64,000 nt of DNA from Camelus ferus. Lineage: Eukaryota. Below the pieces are notes generated by a model, which had not been told where the DNA came from, did no database searches, and was given only the letters and a program-made list of their open reading frames with translations. Shown one piece after another: positions 12,349 through 24,930 of the stretch. Numbering within the stretch: position 1 is the stretch's first letter; each line of letters opens with the position of its first letter. The stretch lies in the NCBI RefSeq assembly GCF_009834535.1, contig NC_045696.1, positions 20,400,001 to 20,464,000 on the forward strand, in the 5' to 3' direction. The position numbers and the translations under genes were made by a program.

Positions 12349-14439
12349 CCCTAGGCATATCACAGTCTAACTGTTGAAGCTCTCCAAAGAAAAAAGGTAC
12401 AGTGCACACAGAAAAACAAAGATAGGCATTAGAATACACTTCTCATGAGAAACTGTGCCAGCCAGAAGGAAACAGAAGTAACATTTTAATGTGGAGAAAA
12501 GAAAAAAGGAAAAATAGCAATCCAGAATTCTATACATTGTGAAGACATCTTTAAAAAGAACACTAAATAATGACTCCTTAAGAAAAACAAAAGCTATGAA
12601 AACCCATTACCACTGGAGCAGCACTGCAAGAAATGTTAAAGAAAGTCCTACAGGCAGAAGAAATATGATACATAAAAAAATCTTAGATCTATACAGGGAA
12701 GTAAAAGTTTCCATAAATGTTAAAATATTGATTAGTATAAATGCATTGCTCTTGTTTTTGCTTTAAATGACAACTGGCCTTCTAAGGCAAAAATAAAAAG
12801 AGAGTTTATATTATTTGTAAAAGTCATACGTATACAAGAAAAAGGTAGGCACAGAGATTAAAAGTGTACTATTCTAAGGTTTTTATTCTATATGTGAAGG
12901 AGCCTAATATTATTTGAGGTTAGATATGATTAAGTAAATATATGTATTATAAATTCCAGGCTAAATATTAAAAGAAATGAGATATGATTGATAAGCCAAT
13001 TGTGGAGGTACAATGGCATAATGTAAAAATATACTCAATCCAAAAGTAAGCAGAAAGACGAAGGGAAATAGAGGAATTTATGTCTTTATGAAATTATTTA
13101 TGAAAAGATGACTAGTAGCATGCTAGCTATAAATCTAGCCATAACAGTAACTGTAGTACATTAAGAAATAGTCTAAAGACACTGATTCAAAATAGAGATT
13201 GCAGACACATGATGAAAAAGAAGACCCAACTGTATGTGCCTGGAGTCTGCCTTTAAAAGTAAAGAGATAGGTTAATTTTTAAAAGGTGGAGAATGATATC
13301 AACAGAAATGCTAATAAAACAAAGCTAAACTGTGTATATTAATATGAGACAAAGTTTACTTTAAAACAAAAAACATGACCAGTTTAAAAAGAAATATTCA
13401 AGAATGATAAATCAGTACACCAAGAAGATATACACTTTTACAAAAAGGTTCAAAATGCATCAAGTGTAAACTGATAGAACTGAATAAAGAAGTACAAAAA
13501 TTCTCATTGTTCTTCCTGATATAAAAAGTAGACAGAAAATCAGTAAAGATATAGAAAAGATGGACACCACTATCAACTCAATTTACCTCAGTGACATTTA
13601 CAGAACTCCACTCAACTACAGTAGAAAACGTTATTACCTACATCCATATGGAATATTCACCAACATAAACCAGATTCTGGGTCACAAAACAAAACACAAA
13701 AAATTTAAAAGAACTGCAATCACATTATATATGCTCCCTGACAACATCTGAATTAAACAATTATTTATATAAAGGTATCTGGTAAATCCCTAAGTATCCG
13801 GAAATTTTAAAACAAACTCTATCTACCCTATAAGTCAAAGAGGAAGCCACACAAGAAATTTTAAAATATTTTTAATTAAAGGAAAATAAAAACACCAAAT
13901 GTAGGATGCACGTAAAGCAACACATAAAGGAAAATTTATAGCATTAAATATTTAGATTATCAAACAAATCTCTCAAGTCAGTGATCTAAGCTTCTACACT
14001 AAAAACAGAAACAAAAACAAAAAACAAAAACACCTAGGAAAATAAAGTGCAACTTAAAAATCAAAGCAAGAATACCACCATAAGAAAGGAAATACTAAAA
14101 ACAAAAGCATAAATCAATGAAATTGAAAAAGAAAAACAGAGATCAATGAGATCAAAACTCTTTCAAAAGATCAATAAAATTAATGAGCATCTAGCTATAA
14201 TAACCATGAACCACAGGCACAAATTACCAATATCAGGAATGAAAGAGGGGATAACATTTTAAGCTTACAAAACACTAAAATAAAAATAATAAAATGTTAC
14301 AATTTTATGCTCATAACTTTGACAACTTGTATAAAATGGTCATATTACTTGAAAAGAGACCAGCCACAAACATTCCACAAACATCTATGCAAGAAAAAAA
14401 TAGATAATATGAATGGTTCTGTGTCAATTAAAAGACCAG

Positions 14440-14908
14440 AAATATAAATCCAGGCTTTTCCTAGCATTGGCTCAGGGACTCAGTCATGTAACCAAGGGCA
14501 CAAGATTCTTCTATTTTCCATCTTATCATCCTTACAATGTCAGATTTTAATTTTTATGCATATAAATCATGGTAGCAAAATGATTGCCCCAGTTCTAATC
14601 ATGATATTTACAATTGCAGAAGGAAAGTTAACAAGTTTTATCTGTCTCTTTTACTGGAAACTCAAAAGCTTTTCCCAAAACTCACAGCCATCCAACAAAC
14701 TTTCCTCTATGTCTGTCTGGCAAGAGCACTGTTAACAACAGTCACCACTGGCAGCAAAAGAATAGGAGAACAGAATTCTAACTGTTGGTTTAGTTCAGTC
14801 ACCATCTATTACTTGCAGCTGGGCTCACTGTTGCTTCAAACAAGATCAAGTGTCTTATTACGGAATATGGGGAAGATGGATATCTGTAAGGAGTCAATGT
14901 CTGCCACA
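14440..14908 (-). mobile_element. MaLR LTR, MLT1K-like
   Basis: Ends AACAAGATCAAGTGTCTTATTACGGAATATGGGGAAGATGGATATCTG...TGTCTGCCACA, the reverse complement of the MLT1K/J start. Left end truncated against the L1. Confidence 0.7.
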
Positions 14909-16089
14909 ACGTTCTATGCAATCTAACTGCCCTACCAACTTCTGATAAATGATACCTGCATTAAATAGAAAACAAAGATTTTTAAAGTGCCATCAGTGAC
15001 AGATGAAAATGGTATTTAAAACAGTGCAATCAGTGAGTGGTCTCATACAATTTTCTTTAATAACAATTCCTTGTAACTTGATGTGAGATTTTAAGTTTCA
15101 TTTAATTAATTTTTATTTTTAAAATAAGGTTTTCTCTGCCTGTGGGTAGAATCCATCTGTCAGACCACAGATGAGCAAGCCAGATTGAAGTAGGACAGAC
15201 TTTCTTAGTGGGCAATATGTATAAAATGTGGTAATTTTGCAGATCTGGATGCTCAAAAATCTGTGAATCCCTATAAGCAAGTTATGAACTCAGGCCAAAA
15301 TAGTTAGGAAAAAAAATTAAAATTGTTGTACTGAAAATTCCTTTTTTATATGCAGAGGCCTCGGCAATGTCTCTGAACCAAATTGCAGGATTCAGAATGT
15401 ATTCTTCCCTAGGTATATCAGATCATTCATGCAAGGTTCTTTCTTTCTTTTTCAGCTGCTATCGATAATGACAGTATAAGTGCTTGATCCCTAGTCAATA
15501 TGACTATAAGTCAATGTGAATAAAACAAAAATTAACCTAAAAATAATAGAATAATGTTAGATTAAGTGGGGGTGGAAGTTTCGCTTCAAAATTTGGCAGT
15601 AATGAGCATGTGCTTCATGCTATAGAACTCTGAAATATAAACACAAGCATTGTATTCTTATGAATGCAAATGTTTAGCTTTTTCAGTCCTTCGTTTGATG
15701 ATTATTAAGCAAAATCTCCATAGCAACGGTCTGTTCTTCAAAGTTTTACAAATGATCTGGAAATAACTGAATGAATTCTAAACTTGCAAGTTACATATTA
15801 AAAGTGTTTTTCATATATTTAAAATCATGCTTTTTAGCCATATGTCCATATATAATCAAAAAAAACCTATTTATTTTTCCATACAATATATTTTTCTACA
15901 TATTTTTAGTGATTTCTCCTATTTGGTTGTGGAACATTTCCAAATTCTGTGCATTACCTCTGTGAGATATACATATTATATATTATAATATATATACATA
16001 TATATACTTATATATATATGAATTTTGTTATCTTACTAGACTTCAGTTTTATGTGTTATTTCAGAGTCTATCAAAACAGTGTTTACTCT

Positions 16090-16830
16090 TCATTCTTTAA
16101 ATTATGCAATATTTATTTAGGACATATAAAAAGGAGTAAAGAATGGCATAATGAATAATTATGAGCATACAATACAGCTTAAATAGAACTTTGCCAATAG
16201 AGTTTAGGTACCATCATGTCTACATCTGGAGTGCATTTATCTTGTATTTCCTTCGCCAGAAGTTTACTGTATTAGATTTAGTTTCAATTATTCTTATGCA
16301 TTTTTAAGTAGTTTTATTACATATGTATTCATCTTTAATGATATATAGCCTTGTTTTTCATGAGTTTAAACTGTATATATCCTTTAAAAACTTGGATCTT
16401 TTTTCAGCATTATGTTTTGAGACTCTTGTATGGTAACAGATTGAATGAATGTACTATTATATTTGAAGGACAGTAGTCTATTCCATCAATATACATTTAG
16501 GCTCTGTCCAACTGTTTACTATTACACAAAACTTTACTAAAAATATTCTAACCGATCCTTGTGCACATGTGCAAAAGGAACCACAATTTATAAACCTGAG
16601 TGGAATTTATGAGTTTTCCTGATTTTTAAGGGAATGCTTCTACCTTTTTACCTTTATAAGTACAGCTATAGATTATTTGGTAGACAGTTAAGCAGACTAA
16701 GAAAGTTCCTTTCTACTCTTAGAATGACAATAAATTTTATGATGGAAGAATATTGAATATTATCAAATATGTTTCTAGAGTTCTTAAACTTATCCTTAAA
16801 CCTATTAATATGTAATACATCAGGCAATTT
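16090..16830 (-). mobile_element. Old L1 (L1ME-like) 3'UTR and ORF2 fragment
   Basis: CAGCATTATGTTTTGAGAC...TCCTTGTGCACATGTGCAA (3'UTR) and AAGAAAGTTCCTTTCTACTCTTAG...TTGAATATTATCAAAT (ORF2) in reverse orientation. Confidence 0.65.
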
Positions 16831-16831
16831 C

Positions 16832-17933
16832 AGTTTCATCTTTTGCAAATATTTTCTCCCATTCCATAGGTTGTCATTTTGTTTTGCTTATGGTTTCCTT
16901 TGCTGTGCAAAAGCTTGTAAGTGTAATTAGGTCTCCAGAATATTTAAACAGCTCATACAACTTGACAAGAAAAAAACAAACAACTCAGTACAAAAATGGG
17001 TAGAAGACCTAAACAAGCAATTCTCCGATGAAGACATACAAATGACCAATAGGCACATGAAAAAATGCTCAATATCACTAATTATCAGAGAAATGCAAAT
17101 CAAAACTACAGTGAGGTATCACCTCACACCAGTCAGAATAGCCATCATTCAAAAGTCCACAAATGACAAATGCTGGCGAGGCTGTGGAGAAAGGGAACCC
17201 TCCTAATACTGTTGGTGGGAATGCAGTTTGGTGCAGTCACTGTGGAAAATAGTATGGAGATTCCTCAAAAGACTAGGAATAGACTTATCATATGACCCAG
17301 TAATCCCACTCCTGGGCATATATCCAGAAGGAATCCTAATTCAAAAAGACACCTTCACCCCAATGTTCATAGCAGCATATTTACTATAGTCAAGTCATAG
17401 AAACAACCTAAATGTCCAAAAACATATGACTGGATAAAGAAGTTGTGGTATATTTATACATTGGAATGCTATTCAGCCATAAAAACCAACAACATAAAGC
17501 CATTTGCAGCAACATGGATGTCCCTGGAGAATGTCATTCTAAGTGAAGTAAGCCAGAAAGAGAAAGAAAAATACCATATGATATCACTCATATGTGGAAT
17601 ATTAAAAAAAAGATGATGACAAATGAACTTAAACACAAAACAGAAACAGACTCATAGACATAGAATACAGACTTGTGTTTGCTAGGGGGAAGGAGGGTGG
17701 GAAGGGACAGACTGGGAGTTTGAGATTTGTATATGCTGACAGGTATATATAGAATAGATAAACAAGTTTATACTGTATAGCACAGGGAAATATATACAAG
17801 AGCTTGTAGTAGCTTACGGTGAAAAAGAATATGAAAATGAATATACATATATTCATGTATGACTGAAAAATTGTGTTGTACACCAGAATTGATACAACAT
17901 TGTAAACTGACTACAACTCAATAAAATAAAAAA
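16832..17933 (+). mobile_element. Young camelid-type L1 3' end with 5' inversion
   Basis: 16832-16933 is antisense ORF2; 16934-17933 is sense ORF2 C-terminus, 3'UTR and poly(A). Near-identical in places to the copy at 50351-51777. TSD at 16814-16831 and 17934-17951. Confidence 0.93.
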
Positions 17934-17951
17934 AATACATTAGGTAAATTC

Positions 17952-18400
17952 GAATGTTAAGCTATTCTTGCTTTCCTATGCTAAATTCAATTTGTGTGCA
18001 TTTTTATATAGTTCTGGGTTTGATTTATTAAAATTTACTTACAATATTTGCATTATTTCCCCAAGCGCACTTTTCTCAGGCTCTTTTTTTTCATATTAAG
18101 ATTAAAACTATTTAATAAATTGAAGAAACAGTTCCCAATTTTCTCTTCACTGGAAGAATTTGTATTAACTTGAAAATATCTGTGTTTGTTTTCAATAATA
18201 TGCTATAATGTCTAGGCCCAGATGGTTCTCTGTATATGTGGAATACGCAGATGGGGGTAAATATTTGGTGTTAATTAATTTTTTTAGATGAGTTCAGACT
18301 TTCTATTACTACTTGAGTAAATTTTGATAAATGAGTATTTCTTTAGACAACTGAATATTTCATTAAGTTTCTAACTTATTGGCCAAACACAGTGAATTAT
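17952..18400 (-). mobile_element. Continuation of the old minus-strand L1 ORF2
   Basis: GAATGTTAAGCTATTCTTGCTTTCC...CTGGAAGAATTTGTAT...TTCAGACTTTCTATTACTACTTGAGT continues the element interrupted at 16831. Confidence 0.65.
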
Positions 18401-19899
18401 AACATGAAACTGATGTTTTAAGCATACAAGACTTAGTTTGCAGTTAAACAGCTCACAGACTTTTGAAGTATAGACTTGTGATATTTTTGGTAACCCAATT
18501 CTCTCAAAAACTTAATAATTATTATTTTGCTTTTTGTTAATTCCATGTTCAAGAAATACATGATATACAACTGGTAACAAAATAATTAAGCATTATTCCA
18601 GGGAAAAGCTCATGTTACTTGTTTTTTATGTTTCTGTAATCACTCAAAGACTAGAAAATCATATTAGAAAATAAAATAGTCTCTTCATAATAGAAAATTG
18701 CCAGTATCAAAACTACTACATACATATATAGAAATTACAGTACTATACATAGTATATAGTATAGGTATATATTATACAATATACTATAGTATATATTATA
18801 ATTATATTATTAATTGGCATATATTTGAAAATGTTTGGTTATATATCCAAATTTTTAGCAAACACTTAACTGGACACTCAACAAGCATCATCCGTATTAA
18901 AATCTACTGTATGAAACTCCCAATGGCATTGTGAAGATCATCCCAGACTAGTTCAGCATAAAAATATGAAATTCAACTTATATTTTGCATTGTATGCAAT
19001 TAAAATGTAGAATTGGTCCCAATGCTAATATTATATCAGTTTTTATTTTCTGCTTAAAATTTTATATAGTAACTTCTACTTGTACTATGTCCTTGAGTAT
19101 AAAGTATTTAAAATTTTTTCATTATTTGATAGACATTAATTTTACTGTTACATTTGAATATTCCTACTTTTCCATTATTTTGTTGTCTAATTTTTCTCTC
19201 TCGTGTCTTATATATACATGCTTATCTTACATATATATTTTAACTTTTAGAGTATTCAGCCAAGTTTTCCTCCCGGTAGACAAATGGTACATTTTCCTGC
19301 AGGGATGATAGTAAAGGCTAGAAACTCATTTTGAGATGTGTCTGGTAATAATTTATCAGCTGTCATGGTCTAACACACCTCTGTAATTTCTGCAGGTGTC
19401 TAGGGACCTGTTTTGGGCATCTACTATAAGGGATGAAATGTCAATAACCCGTTGTTCTTCTGTCCCTGTAGTTACTGTCACTCCCAAGAGTCTTGCATTC
19501 TCCATTACACTACAGAAGTTAATCCAAGGAGGAGTTCAGAGATAATAGCCCCTGACAAATTTCGCACTGACTGGACTTAAATTGATTAAATTTTAGGAAA
19601 AAGCAAGAAGGACTTCCTGGTTATCAAAATTATTCAAAAAGAGAAGGAGTTTTAAGACACTTTCAAAAAAAATAGAAAAGTATTAGAAGCATTTAAAAAA
19701 TATCTTCCCAAAGTTAAGCAGTTAGAAATGAGCACCAGGCAAGGGGAAAGGAAGCGAAAGGGAACAATCCAGAAGATAACAGTACACCTGTGCTCAGAAT
19801 AAGGGGTTTCAAAGAATTTTAACTTTCTCTAAATGACTGCCAACCAAGAAGCCAGTCAGAATCTAACGCTGTGTCTGCACAGTTAGAGAGAAGGAACCT

Positions 19900-20280
19900 G
19901 CTTAACATGACCCAGTGTTCATTATAATGTAATTATTAGCATTGTGGTTTGGGCCTCCTCCTGTAAGATTTTTTTTGTGTGTGCAAAACGGGTAAAAGCA
20001 TGGGCAAAAGAGATGGGCGTGCTTCAGTGCTCAAGGGACATGAGCCATCAATCAATTAGGAGAATGCCTCTTAGGCAGGATAGAAGACAGGAGAAACAAA
20101 GGGGAGGCGAAATTTTCCTCTCTTGGGCTGGCCCGCCTTCAAGTTCTTGAAGGTGTAAGCTAATAACTTTTGCTCTACTAATAAAATGTTTTGTTTGTAT
20201 CACGCTTTCAGTCTCATGTTTAAATTCTTTTTCTTGGGTAGGACAAAGAACTGAGGCCTTTTACCCTGCTCACGGTAACA
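19900..20280 (+). mobile_element. ERV1-type LTR (5' boundary unclear)
   Basis: AATAAA at ~20180, then a U5-like TTTAAATTCTTTTTCTTGGGTAGGACAAAGAACTGAGG ending ...CGGTAACA. CATTATAATGTAATTATTAGCAT resembles LTR sequence at ~23070. Confidence 0.65.
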
Positions 20281-22592
20281 CCTCTATTCTCTGTTCTCTT
20301 ATGCCACAGAGATCTTTGCTTAAACTTAAGACTTTCTCATCCTAGATGCTAGACATGATAAAAAACAGGGTTACCATTTTTACTGTTGAATTATTACTGT
20401 AATATCATGCATTTTGCTCATCATTACACATATTTTCAAGTATTTTACTTAATGATGTTACATTATAACACTTCCTTAATCTACTTCTGGAAGTTGGTAA
20501 TTACATTCTGTAAAGTAACCTTTATGTTTAACATTATAAAATAAGGTCACAGCAAGTCATAAACATATTTTAGTTTTACTTAACAAAACACTGTCCTGCT
20601 GAAAATACTTTTATTATTGCCAGTAATTAACCTTGGATAAGTTACATTTTCAACACCTACTCACAGTAAAGAGTATAAAATACTTTCATATATTTCAACG
20701 CACTACACCATTTAATTAAAGAATCTTGTACTAACAGGAGCTCAATAAAAATTAATTTACTAAATCAACCCCTTTATGTTTTTATATAATGAAGTATATA
20801 AAGGAGGTTTGTTTGCAAAGTATAGGTGTTGAGTCTTAGAGAGGAAATTTGTGTTGCATTTACTTAATTTGGAAACTTCCCGCAGGTACTGACACTACAT
20901 GTGGCTTGACTGAAGTCAAAGCTATACAACACATGAGGAAGGAGAAACTGGAAGGATGAAGTGTTCTGAAGAATAATAGTTCCGCAAAGAGACTAGAAAT
21001 CTCTAATTACTACTGAATCCGCTGCTTTGTAACTATTGTTGGCATATCTTGTTTTGACTGCTTAAGAACAAAAGCTTCTTTAGTTCTTTTGCCTCTGTTT
21101 CTATGAAAAATGAGGGTAGTTCTGAGCCACCTGAAGAACTTTCATTAGGTGATGGTTAAATGAATTCCAAAGGGTAGAGTGAGAGTAAAAAAAAAAAAAG
21201 AAGAAAAGAAGAATGGTGTAGAAATATTTAACTATTGATTAAATAAATCTCCAATATTTACTCAGAGCATTCATCTGAATTTCATCATTAATTTAAATAA
21301 AATTATTTGCTATTTAACTATAATAATCCTAGTAGATTCTGATTCCTCAAAATATCTGGTAAGAAAAACTTTGAAAACCGAGATGAAAAAAAATATGAAC
21401 CCTAAGTATAGTCGATGCAGAAAAGCAGGTTAAGATATGCTAAGGATAGCCCAGTGAGTGTGAGCATCCACTGATTTTAATATTAATTTGGACTGTTGAG
21501 AAAAAGTTTTGAAACACTTTAATTCTCAGATATTAAATCTATTATATTATGTTTTCTAAATGAATTATCCATTGGGAATAAAAACTATTGTTTATTTTTC
21601 ATATAAACTTTTTTTTAAAAGTTTCATGTTGAGCAAGTCTGAATACATTCATTCATGGAATACTTTTTTCCTTATTCTTTCTTTATGTGGATGCAGCCTC
21701 TCTTTCCTGAGATTTTTGATGCAAGAAACTGAAAATGGGGAGAACTATCAGATAAATGTTATTAAACACACTGTGTCAATATCAAAATAATCTGCTGCAT
21801 TACCAAATAAGGGAATACAAGTGATATTAGTTGAAACCATGATTCTTGAGATTTCTATTTAAGGGACCCATGTGAATTAGTGAAAGAAATTTAGGATTTG
21901 AAGGAAACTATCTATTTATTAACATATATTGTTATTCCTTAACTTCCTCCAGAAAGTTTTCAAGACCACTGGAATTTGCAATTAAGATTTATCACCTTCC
22001 AGTATATGTTGTTTTCAGAGTCTCTCTTAGTATGGAGAAAGATTTTTCATATAGTGAAGTGGATAATACGTATCTTCTTCCAAAGCCAACACTGCAAGAG
22101 TAGAGGTGTGTAGCCTGTTTTTTTGTTTGTTTTTTTAAATAATTTAGGTAAAATTCGTATAACATAAAATTAATGATTTAAAAATCTGTTTTAAAGTAAG
22201 CAAGTCACTGGCATTTAGTGCATTCACAATGTTGTACAATCACCATTTCTATGTAGTTCCAAAATATATTCAACACCCTCAAGGGAAATCCTGAATCTAT
22301 TAAGCAGTTACTTCCCATTCTCCCATCACCCAGTCCCTAGGAATCACCAATCTGCTTTACCTATGCTGGATATTTGTATAAGTAGAATCATATAGTATGT
22401 CACCTTTCGCTTGGGGTTTCTTTCACTGAACGTAATGTTTTTGACGTTCATCCACATTACTGCATGCATCAACATTTCATTCCTTTAGATGGTTCAATAA
22501 TACTCCTATATATCATAACTTCATACCCATTCATCTGTTGGTGGACGTTTGAGTTGCTTCTACCTTTAGGCTGTTGTGAATAGTGCTACAAT

Positions 22593-23471
22593 TGATTCCA
22601 AGCAGGACCTTGTGGGCACCTCGCAACCAACCCCTGCCTCTTGTTTACAGAAAATCCCTGAGTCACAGAAGAGCAGGCTCAAGCAGTTGATTAGGACAAG
22701 CCTGCAGGCACTGGGGGATGGTAAGGACTCTGACCACCTATTCCAATGATTAACTCAGATTATTCCTTCATTTCCCTTTAAAAAACTTTCACAGCTGAAC
22801 AGAATCTTTGGTGATTTTTTTTTTCTTTTGGTGTAATGCTGGGTCCACCAGACTGCAGGCATTCTGATTAAAAGAAACTTTTCTTATTGTTAACAAGGCT
22901 GTTGCCCCCGGGATCGTACTTCTGCCCCTCCCTCAACTAGAAACTGATTGATTACTCTTATTTAAGTCTCAGGAGGCAGTTGCAATGAGAAAAAAAAAGA
23001 ACTGGTTAGATTAGAACCAATGCCCAAGATGATGGAGGATTTGACTTCCAGTGGACCTTAAGCCGCGTTATATAATAATTGTAATGTATTAGCATGCTAA
23101 ATGACACGCCCACCAGTGTCATGATAATTGACAGTTACCATGACAACAATGGGAAAAGCCCATACAAGGACTGATTGGCTGCATCACACCTGGAAGGAGA
23201 ATATGATGGCAGATTCCTCTTATAAAAGTCCACGTGGTCCAACCCAGGTTGGAGCTGTCTCTACCACCCATTCTGTCTGAAGCCTCCTCGCTCAAGAACT
23301 TTTCTTTCCTTCTCCCTCCTGGAGCACTTTCCCTCCATTTCCCCTTCTGAGCAATAAAGCAGCTGTTCACTTCATTCCTCTGCCTTTGCTGTGCAAATTC
23401 TTTCACAGCCAGCAGCAAGGACCCACACTTTGGTGGGCTTCCTAATTTAGGGGTCCTGCTATCTGCTAACA
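22593..23471 (+). mobile_element. ERV1-class LTR insertion (possibly two fused LTRs)
   Basis: TG...CA ends; 4-bp TSD CAAT at 22589-22592 and 23472-23475; TATAAAA at 23221 and AATAAA at 23353; host L1 reads through without loss. Confidence 0.88.
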
Positions 23472-23880
23472 CAATGAACATATGTGTGCATGGACTTGTT
23501 TGAGAATCTGTTTTTATTTCTTTGGGTATTTAAGTAGAATCATGGGGTCATATGATAATTCTGTGTTTAACTATATTTTGAGAAACTACCAAATTGTTTT
23601 TCATAGTAGCTGAACCATTTTACATTCCTACCAGCGATGTATGAAGAGATCCCATTTCTCCACATAGTCATCAGCAGTCATTTTTCTTTTCTCATTTTCC
23701 CCTTACCTTCCTCTTCCTTCCCTTCCCTACCTACCTACCTACTTACCTTTCTTCTTTCTAGACTCCCTCCTTCCTTCCTTCTTTTCTTTTTGGTTACAGC
23801 CATCCTAGTCAGTAAAAAGTGGCACCTTGTGGTTTTAATTTACATTTCCCTAATCACTGATGTCCAACATCTTTTCATGT

Positions 23881-24273
23881 TGTAAAACCAGTCTGAAACG
23901 GGGTCACTTATGTTAAGGACAAAATGGAAACAATCAACACAGGTGCATAAATGATACTTAACATAGTGTTACAGGAATGTACGGCTCTTCTCAGATATCA
24001 TCAGAGGACATCAGCCCATTCAACCATGCGTTTCCTTGTTCCCTTGACTCACGTACCCTGATCCAAGTAAGAAAGACCACCAAACAACCAATCAGCAGAA
24101 AAAGCCAAATAATTTCTGTATTTATCCCATTAAAAAACTTCAGTCTGTGAGCAATTTGGATTCACTGCTTCCATAGCTTTGAGTTTCCCAGTTTGCAGGG
24201 TAAAAGCTTTGCAATAAATTCACCTTTCTGTTCTTTCCAAATTTTTATTCAGTGTGCAGTTTGGTTTGTGACA
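23881..24273 (+). mobile_element. ERV1-class solo LTR
   Basis: TGTAAAACC...TTTGTGACA; 4-bp TSD ATGT at 23877-23880 and 24274-24277; CCAAT at ~24088 and AATAAA at ~24213. Confidence 0.88.
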
Positions 24274-24379
24274 ATGTATTGTAAGCCATTTACATATTTT
24301 CTCTGGAGAAATGTCTACATACAACCTTTGTCCACTTTTAAATTGGATTGTTTGTCTTCTGTTTATAAGGTGTAAGCCA

Positions 24380-24930
24380 GTATTCTTTATCATATGTGAT
24401 CTCTGACTTTACTTTTCCTTAAGTTTGTGTTTAGCTAGTGTTTTGACATTTTCTTAAATGCTAAGATGCACGGGTAGGGGTGGGGTGGAGCACGAGGGAG
24501 AGGAGAACAGGAGATGGAAATGAAGGGGAAAAAAAAGAAAAAAAAAACTCTCCCAGTCTTTGCAGCTTGGCTAAGTCATGGGGCAGTCCTTCAACACTTA
24601 GCCAGGCCAACTAAAATTGTGCCTTAGTCTTCATATCCTGTTTGCCTTGTGCCTAGAAATTAGCCACAGGGGAAAGCTTAGTGTATTTGCAGGTGTTTTC
24701 TGAGCATGTGTCCTACTTTGGGCATGCATGTGATTTTCAAAATTCCCCAGTATACATGGGCACTTTTGAATGCCCTAATTTCCCAAAGAAATTCTCTCCC
24801 CAGCTTCCCACACCCCCCCCACAGGCTTTTGGCACTCTATCTTTAATTATAAACTTTTGTCCCAGATGGATGTGGGTTTTTCATTTGCCTAACCTTGTTT
24901 TTGAGGAAATCCCACAGATTTTCAGACTTG
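24380..24930 (-). mobile_element. Old L1 5'UTR-type sequence (L1M4/L1MB group)
   Basis: CTCTCCCAGTCTTTGCAG...CTTCAACACTTAGCCAGGC...TTTTCTGAGCATGTGTCCTACTTTGGGCATGCATGTG recalls antisense L1M4-type 5'UTR. Confidence 0.55.

Larger units (their letters stand above)
10090..14435 (+). mobile_element. Old L1 (L1M-type): 5'UTR, ORF1 and ORF2 endonuclease region; 3' half absent
   Basis: A-rich plus strand. ORF1 remnants span ~11250-12700 (GAAGAATTTCCCAAACATGATAAAA; GCCAGAAGGAAAC). ORF2 EN remnants include ORF 13560-13751 (DIYRT...YGIFTNINQILGHK) and AATATCAGGAATGAAAGAGGG. Boundaries approximate. Confidence 0.8.
22132..24375 (-). mobile_element. L1MB-like 3' end, interrupted by two LTR insertions
   Basis: GGCATTTAGTGCATTCACAATGTTGTACAATCACC...CCCATTCATCTGTTGGTGGACGTTTGAGTTG...TTTTACATTCCTACCAGCG...GGAGAAATGTCTA is colinear across both insertions. 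Confidence 0.88.
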
